A stretch of 64,000 nt of DNA, taken from positions 90,148,001 to 90,212,000 of the forward strand of contig NC_042997.1 of the NCBI RefSeq assembly GCF_006345805.1. Reading direction: 5' to 3'. This document shows positions 13,560 through 26,402 of this stretch, piece after piece. Origin of the DNA: Octopus sinensis (lineage: Eukaryota). The first letter of the stretch is position 1. The number at the start of each line of letters is the position of its first letter. A model generated the notes under the pieces. It did not search any database. It saw only the letters and a program-made list of their open reading frames with translations, and was not told the DNA's origin. Both the position numbers and the translations under genes were made by a program.

Positions 13560-15409
13560 CTAAAGAACTAAAGGGCCACATCTGCTCGTGACTTTCTTCC
13601 AGAGGCAATTCCATAACATATTAATTAATCTATAGCTTGGACCCTAACAGGTGCTACTACTCTGGGAATAATAGTGATTAAAAGGTGGTTTCACATTCCT
13701 CTAGAACCAGGGCTTCACTGCTGGAGGCCATCTAAAGTCATAATCACAGCAATTCCAAACTACAGCTTACCTGTCAGTCAGCAAACTGAGCATGTTCCTG
13801 CCCTCTGGCTTACAAGTGTCCCGTCTTCTCTACCTGCCTTTTCCTCTGCTATTATAGTAGCTTTGGAACTTTCCAACTAGTTGTTCTCATGTTACCTGCA
13901 CTCATACACTCCCAACTCATTTTGTCTCTCCTTCTCATCACCCATGTTATATCAACTCACATCCACTTTTGGATTTATACTTCCTCCAATCCTTTTTCTT
14001 CAAAATGTTAGCCCACTAGAATGCCTTTCCTGCATTAACTTGCAACAAATTAAGCACAATGTTAACAATATCAATCTGACCAGTTTTGGGGGATGCGAGT
14101 GGGATGGGGATGTAAAGCTTTTCCTCCAGACCCAGCAAGTAAAAAACAAAATGCCTTTGAGAGAGGCATCACAGTTACACAATCTCATTCTATTTGCCAA
14201 TAAATTTGTAGTTTTGTACTTAAGTATTATTATCAGTAGCTATAGATTTTCATGAGCCAAACTTTGATTCAGTTTCCTTCAATAGGTACATGTGTAGCTC
14301 AATAGGAACAGACATGGCTGTGTGGTAAAACATTTACTTCCCACACATGGTTTGGGGTTCAGTCCCACTGCATGGCACCTTGGGTAAGTGCCCTCTACTA
14401 AAACCCTGGGCCAAACAAAGCTTTGTAAGCAGATTTGGTAGACAGAAACCAAAAGAAGCTTGTATAATATATATATATATATATCATCATCATCATTTAA
14501 TGTCTGTTTTGCATGCTGGCATGGGTTGAATGGTTTGACAGGGGCTTGCCAGGTAGAAGACTGCACCAGACTTTGCTGTATGTTTTGGTTGGGTTTTTAT
14601 GGCTGGATGCCCTTCCTAACACCATCCACCTTACAAAGTGGAGTGAGTGCTTTTTACATGGAACCAGCACTGGCAAGGCCTGTTTTGGTATGTTTTTTTT
14701 TTTCCAGCTGGATGCCCTTCCAAAGAACCAACCACTTTACAGTGAGGACTGGATACACTAGCACTGAGAGGGGGTGTCATCAAGTAACTTGCAAGACAAA
14801 GATTTTCTAAGGAGAGGGGTGATTGGAGTAGGTAGCCTTGTGCCAGGTGATGAGAGGTTAGAATGTGACAGAAAGGATAGAAACAGGTGTCTTGCTGTAG
14901 AGGAGATACATGATTACCCAATTGAGAGAAAGAGCAAGAGAGAGTGTGATCAAGAATGAGAGAGAGAGTGGAAGAGGACGAGAGGGTGAGAATGCAAGAG
15001 AGAGCGGGAGAGAGATTGTGGTCAAGTGCCAGGGTATACCTTCAAAATATGGGGATCGGAATATAAATGGGATGCTAGAGTGTTGCCAAGGGTGCATGAG
15101 TAGGGACCTCACATGAATGCAAAGAATGTATTGGTAGGGAATGCAGTGACTGGTGAAAGATGGGTATAAAGAGAAGGTAAGGGACAACAGGATAGCAATG
15201 ACACAGCGAGTGGAGCAGTGAGAACAAGATTGGGGTGCGAGAGATAAGCATAAGCATAGTGCTTGAGAAAGGAGAAATGTGAGGAAGATAAGAGAAGATG
15301 CAGTTTGTTGGAGTAGGGTGTGTGAAATATCTTATTTATTGTTACATGTGGGTGGTACACACAACACTCCCAGAACTCAGTTTTGCTGAGGTAGGTGGGT
15401 CTTCTCAAA

Positions 15410-15600
15410 AACCGCATATCACCAGATATCTCAGTCCGTTGACATCTCCTCCATGAGGCCCAACACCTTGAAATTGGTCCTCATTACTTCATCCCGTGTC
15501 TTCCTGGGTCTCCCTCTTCCACAAGTGCCATCCACTTTCAGCAATCAGCACTTCTTTATACAGCTGTCTACATTCATGTGTCATATGTCCAAACCAATAT
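15410..15600 (-). mobile_element. RTE-type LINE 3' ORF2 fragment
   Basis: Minus strand has a WFGH motif followed by a degenerate GRPRKT-like segment; similar to the 7590-7740 copy. Confidence 0.55.
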
Positions 15601-17189
15601 ATATGTGTATATATATATATATATATCTATATGTGTGTGTGTTACTTTCTCCTTGTCTTTGATTTTGTGCAATAGCTGTGACACTGCCATGCAAGCAGTG
15701 TCTTTCATCTCTAATCTTTTGTGAAAGCATGTGTGGTCATGGGAATATGTTACTAGGAAACAGGTGATGATTGGTGACAGGAAGAGCATCCAGCTATAGA
15801 AAATCTGTCTCAGCAAATTCCATCTGACCCACAAAAGTAGAAGTTAAAATGGTGATGATGTACTTGGGCCTGGTAGAGTAAGATGCCAGCATGAGAAGAC
15901 ATTACAAATGAGAGCTATTAACCATTTCAACCTATCATAATCTTCACTTAACATCCATGTTCAATGAGTTGGATAGTTTGTAAGGACCTGGTGGGTCCAA
16001 AGACTGCATTGTGTGCAAGTATCTGCTTTAGCATGGTTTTTATTGATTGGATACCCTTCATAATGCCAATCACTATACAATATGTACTGGGTGCTTCTGT
16101 CATGTCACTGGCACAAGTGAGGTTGCCATGCAGCTTGCAAGCCCATGAAACCCAAGGGGAGGGTATCTATGCTAGCAGATGAGGGTTAGGGCATGAGTCA
16201 AGGGGATGGGACAGAGCATGCTTTTGTTGTTAGAGGAGCTACATGGCTTCACACATTTAGGAGAGCATGGCAAATGAATCAGTAGAAGCTAAGAGATAGT
16301 GGTGATGAAGTATCCAGGTGGCACCTCAGGGTAAAAGGTGAAGTTTTAATTAAAGCTGATTTATACATTCTGATACAGTGAACACAGTGGATCAGTCCTA
16401 TATCATAGCTCTGGCAGATCTATGATCAAACTGTAAGGGATCTCTGATGAGTAGTGGGCCTAAGCGTATAGGCACACATCATGTGAACACGGTGTTATGT
16501 CAACAACAGTTCCAACTAAGTGCAAATAGCAAAGGCAGATGGAACTCAGCTGTGAATGCAACCCATTTAAGAGGACACACTGAATGAAAACCACGGCTAT
16601 TACTTGCATCTGGCTTCATATCTCATCTCACACAGCGACTTTGGAGTAAAGGGTGGATAAGGGCCCATGCCTAAAACAGTTAAGAGGTATTACGTCCCAC
16701 ATTCCTTACGAAGGATTGAGATGGATGGAAGCACAACTGAAAGACTTATCAAAGGACGATTTAAATAAATATGACCAAAAGAGTCCCAGTCATGACCTTC
16801 ATACTTCTCTTGAACATAGCATATCTAGGACAACATTATCCGATATATAACTCCCTTTTCAAGATGATAGGGTATAAGGCTGCCATTTTTAGCAGTCTTG
16901 AAGGGGAACAAAGGACCAGTTTGCCATGGCTTAATAAAATACTAATCAGAATTGTCACTTGATATAAAATGGAAAAAAAGAACTTGCTTTTATTTCTAAA
17001 TATCATTTTAATGAGTTTTTCTTTTTGTTTTTATTTGTGGTGGAAATTCTGTGGAAGCCGCTTATTATGATTACTTTGGAACTAGGCCTTTCAATGACAA
17101 AACCAGCTAATATCTTATTTTCCCTCTGTGATTGTAATACAAAAATAATTCAATAACTAAATAATTTATTGTCGCTGCTACTAAATGAA

Positions 17190-17700
17190 GATTGGTTGAG
17201 CAGACCAGAGATAAAGGACATAACAGACACCGATCCATCTTTGGGATATGAAAGATTACATCGTTTGATATGTATTTTCTGTATGAGCGGAAAATGTTTT
17301 GGCTGCTATTTCTTGCAGGTCAAGAGTCTGGTTGCAGTTTCCCTCGTTGACTCGCAATTACGATATCGTAGTAAAAGTGGATGTAGTATTTCGCTATATT
17401 AAATTATAATTATTTGTTTAGGACTGTTAAAAACAAAGTGTGGGTTTGTGTATGTATAAACGCATGCACCACTACTCGAAACTAGAAAGTAATTTAATAA
17501 ACACATGCCATTAATACAAAGCTGTGGTATATAACAGCGACCAGGACGAGACCGCGTTTAAGTTTCAATTCAGAGTTAAATAAATTATGAATGTCACACA
17601 TTTCACCTACATTTCTAGAAGTTCGAGGCAGTTATGTGAATCACACGTGAAAGGTAAAATATAGGAATCGGAAGTTTATCCAATTCAGCGAAGAGTAAAA
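17190..17700. promoter_or_regulatory. CpG-poor to CpG-rich transition; possible promoter of the minus-strand gene
   Basis: CpGs become abruptly frequent from ~17.3 kb in unique sequence; ATTGG (CCAAT) near 17192. Confidence 0.3.
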
Positions 17701-18104
17701 ATAAATTAGAGTTTACTGAAAATATACATAAAGTAAGAAGTAGATATGTATATGTGCATTTAAGCAGATGTTAGTGCTCTTGACTTACCTAAAGTACATA
17801 GTAATTGTTTTACCCTTGCCGGTCTGTAGTAGCACAACACACTAAAAACATGCTTACAGACAGACGATGACATGTTGATTTGTTGCTAATAGATATATAT
17901 TTTTTTGAAGAGGTAATATAAGGGAAATAACTCTGGGGACTTTTTTTTTCTCGAATACCCTTTCAAGGTAAGGTCATTGGTAGTGTATATATGATTTGAT
18001 GATTTTGATTTTTCCAGTTTCAGCTAATGAGCCGTGGCCATGCTGGGGCACCGCCATTATATATAATATATAAATATAATATATAATATATAAAATATAT
18101 ATAT

Positions 18105-18178
<74 letters not shown>

Positions 18179-18198
18179 TATATATATATTTTATCATA

Positions 18199-18229
<31 letters not shown>

Positions 18230-18230
18230 C

Positions 18231-18266
<36 letters not shown>

Positions 18267-18565
18267 ATATCTGTGTGTGTGTGTGTGTGTGTGTTGCTGT
18301 ATTTTTTACTTGTTTCAGTCATAGATTGTGCCCATGCTGGGGTTTAATCAAATAAATCAACTGCAGGATATATCTTTTAAAATCTGGTATTTTTTGTCTA
18401 TCGGTATTTTTTGTCGAACCGCTAGTTGGGCGGATGTAAACAAGCCAGCACCGGTTGTCAAGCGGTGGTGGGGGACGACACAAAAACAAGCACACACTCA
18501 CACATGTATATACATTTATGTATACATATATATCTATGTGTGTGTATATATATACACACACACAC

Positions 18566-18752
18566 ATTAAAAATGAGGAAGGCCGGTTTATGGGATTACC
18601 TTAGGTTTCCCGTCCATAAAGGTTTAGCGTAAAAATATTTTTAGAGGTCATGGACCAACAGGTTTTGGGATCTGGCGATACTCCATAAAGCTAAACTCTT
18701 TAGGGACGAGAAACCTAAAGTAATCCCATAAACTGGCCTTCCCCATTTTAAT
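18566..18752. mobile_element. MITE-like element with ~63-bp TIRs (copy 1)
   Basis: attaaaaatgaggaaggccggtttatgggattacc... matches the reverse complement of ...gtaatcccataaactggccttccccattttaat. Confidence 0.75.
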
Positions 18753-18809
18753 ATATACTGCTCTACATCTTAGAGTGTGCTTCTTTCGGATTTATGTTTT
18801 CTACAACCG

Positions 18810-18849
<40 letters not shown>

Positions 18850-19120
18850 TGCTGTATTTTTTACTTGTTTCAGTCATAGATTGTGCCCATGCTGGGGTTT
18901 AATCAAATAAATCAACTGCAGGATATATCTTTTAAAATCTGGTATTTTTTGTCTATCGGTATTTTTTGTCGAACCGCTAGTTGGGCGGATGTAAACAAGC
19001 CAGCACCGGTTGTCAAGCGGTGGTGGGGGACGACACAAAAACAAGCACACACTCACACATGTATATACATTTATGTATACATATATATCTATGTGTGTGT
19101 ATATATATACACACACACAC

Positions 19121-19311
19121 ATTAAAAATGAGGAAGGCCGGTTTATGGGATTACCTTAGGTTTCCCGTCCATAAAGGGTTTAGCGTAAAAATATTTTTAA
19201 GAGGTCATGGACCAACAGGTTTTTGGGATCTGGCGATACTCCATAAAGCTAAACTCTTTAGGGACGAGAAACCTAAAGTAATCCCATAAACTGGCCTTCC
19301 CCATTTTTAAT
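19121..19311. mobile_element. MITE-like element with ~63-bp TIRs (copy 2, part of the tandem duplication)
   Basis: Same TIR structure as 18566-18752. Confidence 0.75.
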
Positions 19312-19368
19312 ATATACTGCTCTACATCTTAGAGTGTGCTTCTTTCGGATTTATGTTTTCTACAACCG

Positions 19369-19404
<36 letters not shown>

Positions 19405-19655
19405 ATAAGCTTGACAACCAGTGTTGGTTTGTTTACGTCCCCCTAACGTTATAGTTCAATGCACTCATACACGACGACCTTCTTTAAGATTCCGTCCATC
19501 AAATTCATTCACAAGGCTTTAGTCGGCCCGAGGCTATAGTGAACCCGAAACCATATCGTTGGAAAGCAAACTTCTTACCATACAGCCCCACCGGTGCCTA
19601 TGGGTGCGACTGTGCGAGCAGTTTTTTCTTCTTTTTTTTAAGATTTGTTCTAAAG

Positions 19656-19914
19656 CAGTGGTTCTCAACCATTTTTTTAACCTATGGACCCCTTTGATTC
19701 TTATTTTACTCGGGCGGACCCACATAGCCATTTCGATGTTTAAACAATCCTATCATACTTTTATGATTAAATACCATTAGGAATTGTATTTAAGAAATTG
19801 TTAGAATATTTTGTGTATTGTAGTAGTAAAACCCAATTTACTGTACATACATTTGAAGAATAAAATCTTATATGGATCCCCAAGGGCCATATGGACCCTG
19901 ACTGAGAACCACTG
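19656..19914. mobile_element. hAT (Charlie-like) MITE
   Basis: TIR cagtggttctca / tgagaaccactg; 8-bp TSD ttctaaag / tcctaaag (7/8). Confidence 0.85.
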
Positions 19915-21610
19915 TCCTAAAGTAAAGGATTCTGTCCAAAATCGAGGACTGCTAAAAGCACAAGGTGCCACGTAGTGGGACTGAACCCGGAACTCTGTGG
20001 TTGGGAAGCAAGTCTCTTACCACACAACCACGCCTGTGCGAATAGTCTTCTTTTCTTATGTGATCTTGGATACGATATGTAACAGCACCGTGTCAGATAT
20101 TGTAGCCATATTCAAATTTATGTTTTACTCATTAGTGCCAAGGCACATATCTTTGACGTAAGTTTTTTCTCTTCTTTTTTTTTTTTGTTTGTCTATGTGG
20201 AGAAAACGGGTGACTTTTATAATTGGATTTTTAACTTTAGTTACAATATGCTCTTTGGGTATTGTATGAGTACCATATCTCTCGTATACATACTCACGCA
20301 TGCACGAAGATGTGTGATCTAGAAGTCTTAGTGGAGGGATCACGATCATTAGGGACCGGCGACATACTGTGTCTTTGAGCATGAAAATAACTACCAGCAA
20401 GCAACAGGTGAAGTTAAACTCTACTACGAAATGGCGTCAGGTTCATTTGGTAGTGGTGGTGGGTGCGGGATGAGTTTTGTAATTTCTGGTGCATAAGCGC
20501 CACGGAAATTGAGACAAGCTGCAGTCTAACAGACCTGAGGACTCGAGACAGTACTTGGTATTTTTCACAGAGAGAGAGAGAGAGGGGGGGAGACATACAT
20601 TCGTACGCACGGTGATTGTCGACTCGTTACCAAGTATGGCGCCTTTTTTGCTAAATTACAGTGCTCCCACCCAACTCATGGTTGCTCGTGTTATGGTTAT
20701 ATTAAAGGAGAAAGTATTGCCTCCGCTGAAAAAGTGAATCAAAAAGAAAAGAAGGGATATAATAAAAATAGATGAATTTGAGAAATAAATAGGTGGGAAA
20801 TTGCAAGAGTGGCAGGGAGAGAAAGAGGTCGAAATAATCATTAGTCATTGGCCGTTAGGCGTGCAAACAATGAAGTATAGGAAAGAATAGAAAAAGTTTG
20901 ACAAAGAACGAAATACCACGATTAAGTCATTAAAAGTGAAGGAAGAAAACAAAATAGAGCTCAACAATGGAGAGAGAGAAAGTTAGAGAGGTAACGTGAT
21001 ATAAAATAACAGAGTTATAGAGAGTGAGTGGGCGAATGATAGAAAAAAGTATAGAGATAAAGGGTGAAAGATATTCATGTATGACATTGAAAATGAAAAA
21101 GTAGCAGATTTTGATTGAGAGTAAAAGAGACGGAAATCTCTCTGGAGACAGAGAGGAAGAGAAGAAATAAAATACTCGAGGAAACTAGTAGGGATACAGA
21201 AGGAAAGTGAAAGAGCGAGAGTGTAAGAGTGAGAACGTGAAAAACTGACTTTTCAAATAAATAAGTCATTGCAACTTGAACAAATAAAGTCCATCAGTTA
21301 CAGAGAAACTGCTCTACTTCAAATTACAAAAGGAAAGTGAAGATTATTATGAGACGATGCGAATAATGACGTGAAGTGGAAAGAAAAAGTGATGCTGCGA
21401 AACGATAATAAAAAAAAAAAACACAAGAAGAACCAAGTGTAGGCTTCGATATAAAAGTAATAAGAATATATGAAAGAAGACAAAATAAAACACAGGGAGA
21501 AAATACAGCAAAGAGTAGGAGCAAAAACAATTTAAAATTATAGAATAGTAAGGTTACAAAAATGAATTCCGTCATTTTTTATGGGTACCACACTAATATG
21601 TATACATATA

Positions 21611-22212
21611 TGTAGTGATACTATAACGGCGCGCGCTCGCGCACGGTCCATTTGTATTTCGCGCGTGTTGGTGCCTTTACCAAGGCAGAGAAAGGAAGGG
21701 CCCTCTCGCGCATGCGCGAATCACCGGAAGCACGACCCTTTTGCCTACGTGGTAGTTAGCGAGGCAAGGGGGGTCGTAGAACGTTTGACCGCTAGCAGCA
21801 GCAGCGGCGACTTGGGACAGCAGCGATTGAAGGAGACGGTCACGCATATTTTCTCTCCGTTCGAACTTGCTTCTAGCAGTCCTTACCAAAAAGCCTTTAA
21901 CCTGGATTGTTGCAGACATCATCTTCTTCCTCCGGACGCCATTTTGACCCGTTCTGTTTTGGCGGCTGAATATTGTAAATATTACAATCGATTAACTTTC
22001 AGCCTTGCGCGCCCAGAACCAAGGACATCAGATAACACACTTATTGTTATTGTTACCAAGAAAGAGAATAAAGTAGTATATATATATTTTACGTCTGCGT
22101 CTTGTTGCTTCTGACTGGTAGAATTCTGGATTATTAAAGCAACGGCTAGTGATTGCTTTCTTGTACCCCGAAAGTACAAGAGAAGATATTCACTCACACG
22201 AAGTTCGTTACA
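21611..22212 (+). repeat. 5' LTR
   Basis: tgtagtgata...gttcgttaca; 6 substitutions versus the 3' LTR. Confidence 0.95.
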
Positions 22213-22213
22213 C

Positions 22214-22233
22214 TGGTGACCTCCCGACGTGAT
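22214..22233 (+). promoter_or_regulatory. Primer-binding site complementary to the tRNA-Trp 3' end
   Basis: TGGTGACCtcCCGACGTGAT versus expected TGGTGACCCCGACGTGAT (2-nt insertion), 1 nt after the LTR end. Confidence 0.85.
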
Positions 22234-23747
22234 TCTGGTCTAAAACCAGAGATCACTTATCAACAAAAGAAATCCAGTTTTTCTGCGAAGTCGGAACACG
22301 ATTTAACTCTACGCATTCATCTTTCGACGATTTGTTTCCGTCCTCTCGGACCGTTATAGAAGGAGCCCTTTTCTTATTCTACAGCCATGATGACGAACGC
22401 CATCATATCATCGATGCTTTTTCTCTGCCTTCGTCATCATCATCGTCGTCTTTCGACTTCACGTCGTCGCTATCTTCGTCGCCATCATCACTAAGAACGA
22501 TGTTGTCTCAAGTCCACTACAGTCGCCTTCCACCACCACCGTCGCCTTTCAACACCGTCGACCTCCACAAGATGTACATAGCAACTCGCGGAACTTTAGC
22601 GTGCACGCTGTTTTGTGCATATGCACACCAAGGATAAACAGCACCGTCTATCTACGAGATTCTTCTGTTCCAGTTAACCTGTCACAGCATTGAAGCCACA
22701 ACCGCTACACGATATGTGTTCAACCGGCATCTGCATTTTGTGATTTCAACATTTCTGTTACAGAACGAACTGCTATTGTGCTTCAGGCTATTACAGACTG
22801 GTAAATTAACTCTTGTCTGGAATAGCCCGAGAGACATTTTTTTCTATGCGCTGTATTTATTTTTTTTGCTCGCATTCACCTTGTATGTATTTCTGTCGCA
22901 CACACGTACACACACATAAATGCTCTCTCTCACATACATACGTCACACATGCTTTTCTCGCTTGTTTTTTTTTCCATGCTGAATTTGCCTTTTGTGGACA
23001 CACCTCATTTCTATAGACCCTAGCGGTCACGTATACATAGAGAGGGTTGTTTGTCCATTATAACGCGCCAGCATGTCATACCTTTGTTCCTGTACGAACG
23101 AGGCATATAATCGCTCAACCACTGGCATATTCATTTGCTGTTTTTTGGTCTGGCAAGCACCATTGCATTTCATGCGCCTTGCTTCGCACGTGTATTGCCT
23201 TGTTTTTTGCAACACGTTTGCGCTAGCTTAATTCTTTTCCCGACTCATAGGACGTCGGATGTTCACATGCGCTGCGCCATGTTTAGGCGTAATTATTTTT
23301 CCCTGTTAGACCACTGTTGGTCACGTAATTAACAGAAAATTATCTGTGTCGCGCATCACACCAGCATGTTTGCACTTTTGCCTTTTGTGTTACTAGCGAG
23401 CTTCTGTCAATTCCATTTCCTCTCCTGCAGCAATTGATTTAACTGCTATTTTGCAGGATTAACCACCTTTAGAGAAGTTGGATTTAATTTCGCCTAGGTT
23501 CATTGACTGTGAGTTTTGCTTTCCCTCCGCTTCCTACAGTGGAAGGCTCTATACTTTGTGACGTATACACTTTCATGCATGCACTCTTGATTTTTGCTCA
23601 TTGAGTATTTTTTCTCTTTTTCCTTTAGTAAATTTCTTGTGTATGTTATAAATTTTGCCATTATATTATTGTGTGCTATTTGGTTATCTGGTGTCCACCT
23701 TGAGTTTTGCAGTCACTACAATAAGTTTCCTTTCGTGCGTACGCACT

Positions 23748-23756
23748 GGAGGGGAG
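23748..23756 (+). promoter_or_regulatory. Polypurine tract
   Basis: ggaggggag lies 3 nt before the 3' LTR start. Confidence 0.75.
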
Positions 23757-23759
23757 CCT

Positions 23760-24361
23760 TGTAGTGATACTATAACGGCGCGCGCTCGCGCACCGTCCAT
23801 TTGTATTTCGCGCGTGTTGGTGCCTTTACCAAGGCAGAGAAAGGAAGGGCCCTCTCGCGCATGCGCGAACCACCGGAAGCACGACTCTTTTGCCTACGTG
23901 GTAGTTAGCGAGGCAAGGGGGGTCGTAGAACGTTTGACCGCTAGCAGCAGCAGCGGCGACTTGAGACAGCAGCGATTGAAGGAGACGGTCACGCATATTT
24001 TCTCTCCGTTCGAACTTGCTTCTAGCAGTCCTTACCAAAAGGCCTTTAACCTGGATTGTTGCAGACATCATCTTCTTCCTCCGGACGCCATTTTGACCCG
24101 TTCTGTTTTGGCGGCTGAATATTGTAAATATTACAATCGATTAACTTTCAGCCTTGCGCGCCCAGAACCAAGGACATCAGATAACACACTTATTGTTATT
24201 GTTACCAAGAAAGAGAATAAAGTAGTATATATATATTTTACGTCTGCGTCTTGTTGTTTCTGACTGGTAGAATTCTGGATTATTAAAGCAACGGCTAGTG
24301 ATTGCTTTCTTGTACCCCGAAAGTACAAGAGAAGATATTCACTCACACGAAGTTCGTTACA
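23760..24361 (+). repeat. 3' LTR
   Basis: tgtagtgata...gttcgttaca, 602 bp. Confidence 0.95.
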
Positions 24362-24462
24362 TATATATTATAAATCGAGAGAGTGGACAAACAAAAGAAA
24401 GAGGCACTCAACACATTCAGCATGAGCTACATATATTTTTAATAACAGTTTTACTCAGAAAT

Positions 24463-24514
24463 ATATGACTTAAAGTTTCGGTGGCGCTTAAAATGGGCCC
24501 ATATCATTAGATAT
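24463..24514 (-). ncRNA. Degenerate hammerhead-like motif
   Basis: atat-CTAATGA-...-GAAAC-tttaagt-C-atat; G5A change and an irregular stem II. Confidence 0.3.
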
Positions 24515-25076
24515 CTGATGAGATGGTCCACGAAAATTTAATAAGGCCGGTTTATCGGATTCTGCAGCGTATACATTATCCACTCCTGTCCTGGCTGCCG
24601 GGTCTTCGCAGGATTACTCATAGGAATGAAGTGAAGTGTTTTGCTCAAGAACACAATGCCTCGCCCGGTCCGGGAATCGAAACCACAATCTTACAACCAT
24701 GAATGCAACACTCTAACCACTAAACCACGTACCAACACACACGCGCGCGCAAATACACATTTCCACACTCACAAATATACAAATATGAAGCATGTATGAA
24801 ATGATACATGGAAATTTTATAAAATGAAAATACATTGGTAAAAGTAAATGTTATTATGATGGCATTAAACGTGTTTTCTGACAGGTTTATGATATGAATT
24901 TTTTGAAAAAACGTTGATAAAAAATATTTTGTGACACATCTTGGCTTTATTTTTCGTTGGCGAACGAATTGTATAGATCCAGGGATTCATCTCTGTCAAA
25001 TATTTATAGTTAATATCGTCTCCAGAGGGGTACTGATAACTAAATATTAATAACAGTATATATATATATAATATAT

Positions 25077-25140
<64 letters not shown>

Positions 25141-25178
25141 TGTATATATATGTATATATATGTATATATATAATATAT

Positions 25179-25216
<38 letters not shown>

Positions 25217-25373
25217 CACGACGCACACACAAACAAGCATATATATACATATACATATGAATGTATGTGTGTGTGTGTATGTACGTATGTATATCAAAAA
25301 GAGAATTAACCAGCAAACATGTGGTATCACACACACAACATATTCATATATAATATATAAGATATGAAATATA

Positions 25374-25450
<77 letters not shown>

Positions 25451-25806
25451 TATATATATATTAGGCGCAGAAGTGGCTGTGTGGTAAGAAGCTTGCTTCC
25501 CAATCACATTGTTCCGGTTCAGTCCCTGCGTGGCACCTTGGGCAAGCGTCTTCTACTATAGCCTGAAAGAAGCGCGTAGTACACACACACACACACACAC
25601 ACACAACCACACATACACTCACACACACATATATATACATACAGTGGCAGCTCGTGTATAGGCACTGCGGAACTGCAAAAATGCGAACCTATCAAGTTTG
25701 TGCATGAATATTCTTTTTATATGTTTGTTTCGTTTTACTCAGTATCAAAACAACGGCTAAAAATTTTCTGAAGCACCCCACTAGTTTTACTAACAAGCCG
25801 CCACTG

Positions 25807-25843
<37 letters not shown>

Positions 25844-26047
25844 CAGGACGCCACAATAGATCGTTAGCTCCTACACGCATTTTCTATCTCTCCTTGTTTT
25901 TTTTTCTGTGTATCTTTCTGTCGAAGAGCGTAGGCTCGAAACGTAAAAGACTTGTTCTAATTCTATTTTTGAGCGCCATACTAATACATTTGTTTGTTTG
26001 TACTCCACCCGCCTTCGTCTTTTGTTTATTTTCGTAAACCTTCCCGT

Positions 26048-26050
<3 letters not shown>
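25844..26050 (+). mobile_element. ~207-bp non-coding element within (TA)n carrying a hammerhead-like motif (copy A)
   Basis: Homologous along its length to 41974-42176; (TA)n on both sides. Confidence 0.75.
25913..25950 (+). ncRNA. Minimal hammerhead-like motif with variant core
   Basis: tcttt-CTGTCGAA-gagc(gtag)gctc-GAA-acgt-A-aaaga: stem I, 4-bp stem II, palindromic ACGT stem III, GUA triplet. Confidence 0.55.
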
Positions 26051-26117
<67 letters not shown>

Positions 26118-26314
26118 TGTAGTTGTGTGTCTGTGTTTATCCTCCCACCATTGAGTGACAACCAATGTTGACCTGGTTACATCCGCGTAACTTAGCGGTT
26201 CGGCCTAAGAGCGCGATAGAATAAGTACTAGGCTTACAAAGAATAAATCTTGGGGTCAATTTGTTCAACTAAAGGCGGTGCTGCAGCATGCCCACGATCA
26301 AATGACTGAAACAA

Positions 26315-26402
<88 letters not shown>

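Larger units (their letters stand above)
18272..19400. repeat. Tandem duplication, unit ~555 bp (SINE + MITE), bounded by (TA)n(TG)n
   Basis: Identical ORF translations offset by 555 bp (18319/18874, 18328/18883). Confidence 0.9.
21611..24361 (+). mobile_element. Non-autonomous LTR retrotransposon (Ty3/Gypsy-type, CsRn1-like priming), 2751 bp
   Basis: Two 602-bp TG...CA direct repeats, PBS, PPT, 4-bp TSD TATA (21607-21610 / 24362-24365); no gag/pol motifs in the 1547-bp interior. Confidence 0.9.

Noticed and set aside
16653-16850. Protein-like plus-strand ORF, with an alternative minus-strand exon ending at a gtaagg donor
   Set aside because: Splice signals are weak and mutually inconsistent; strand cannot be decided without transcripts
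20430-20495. ATG in good context giving MASGSFGSGGGCG...
   Set aside because: Stops after 21 codons with no convincing donor site
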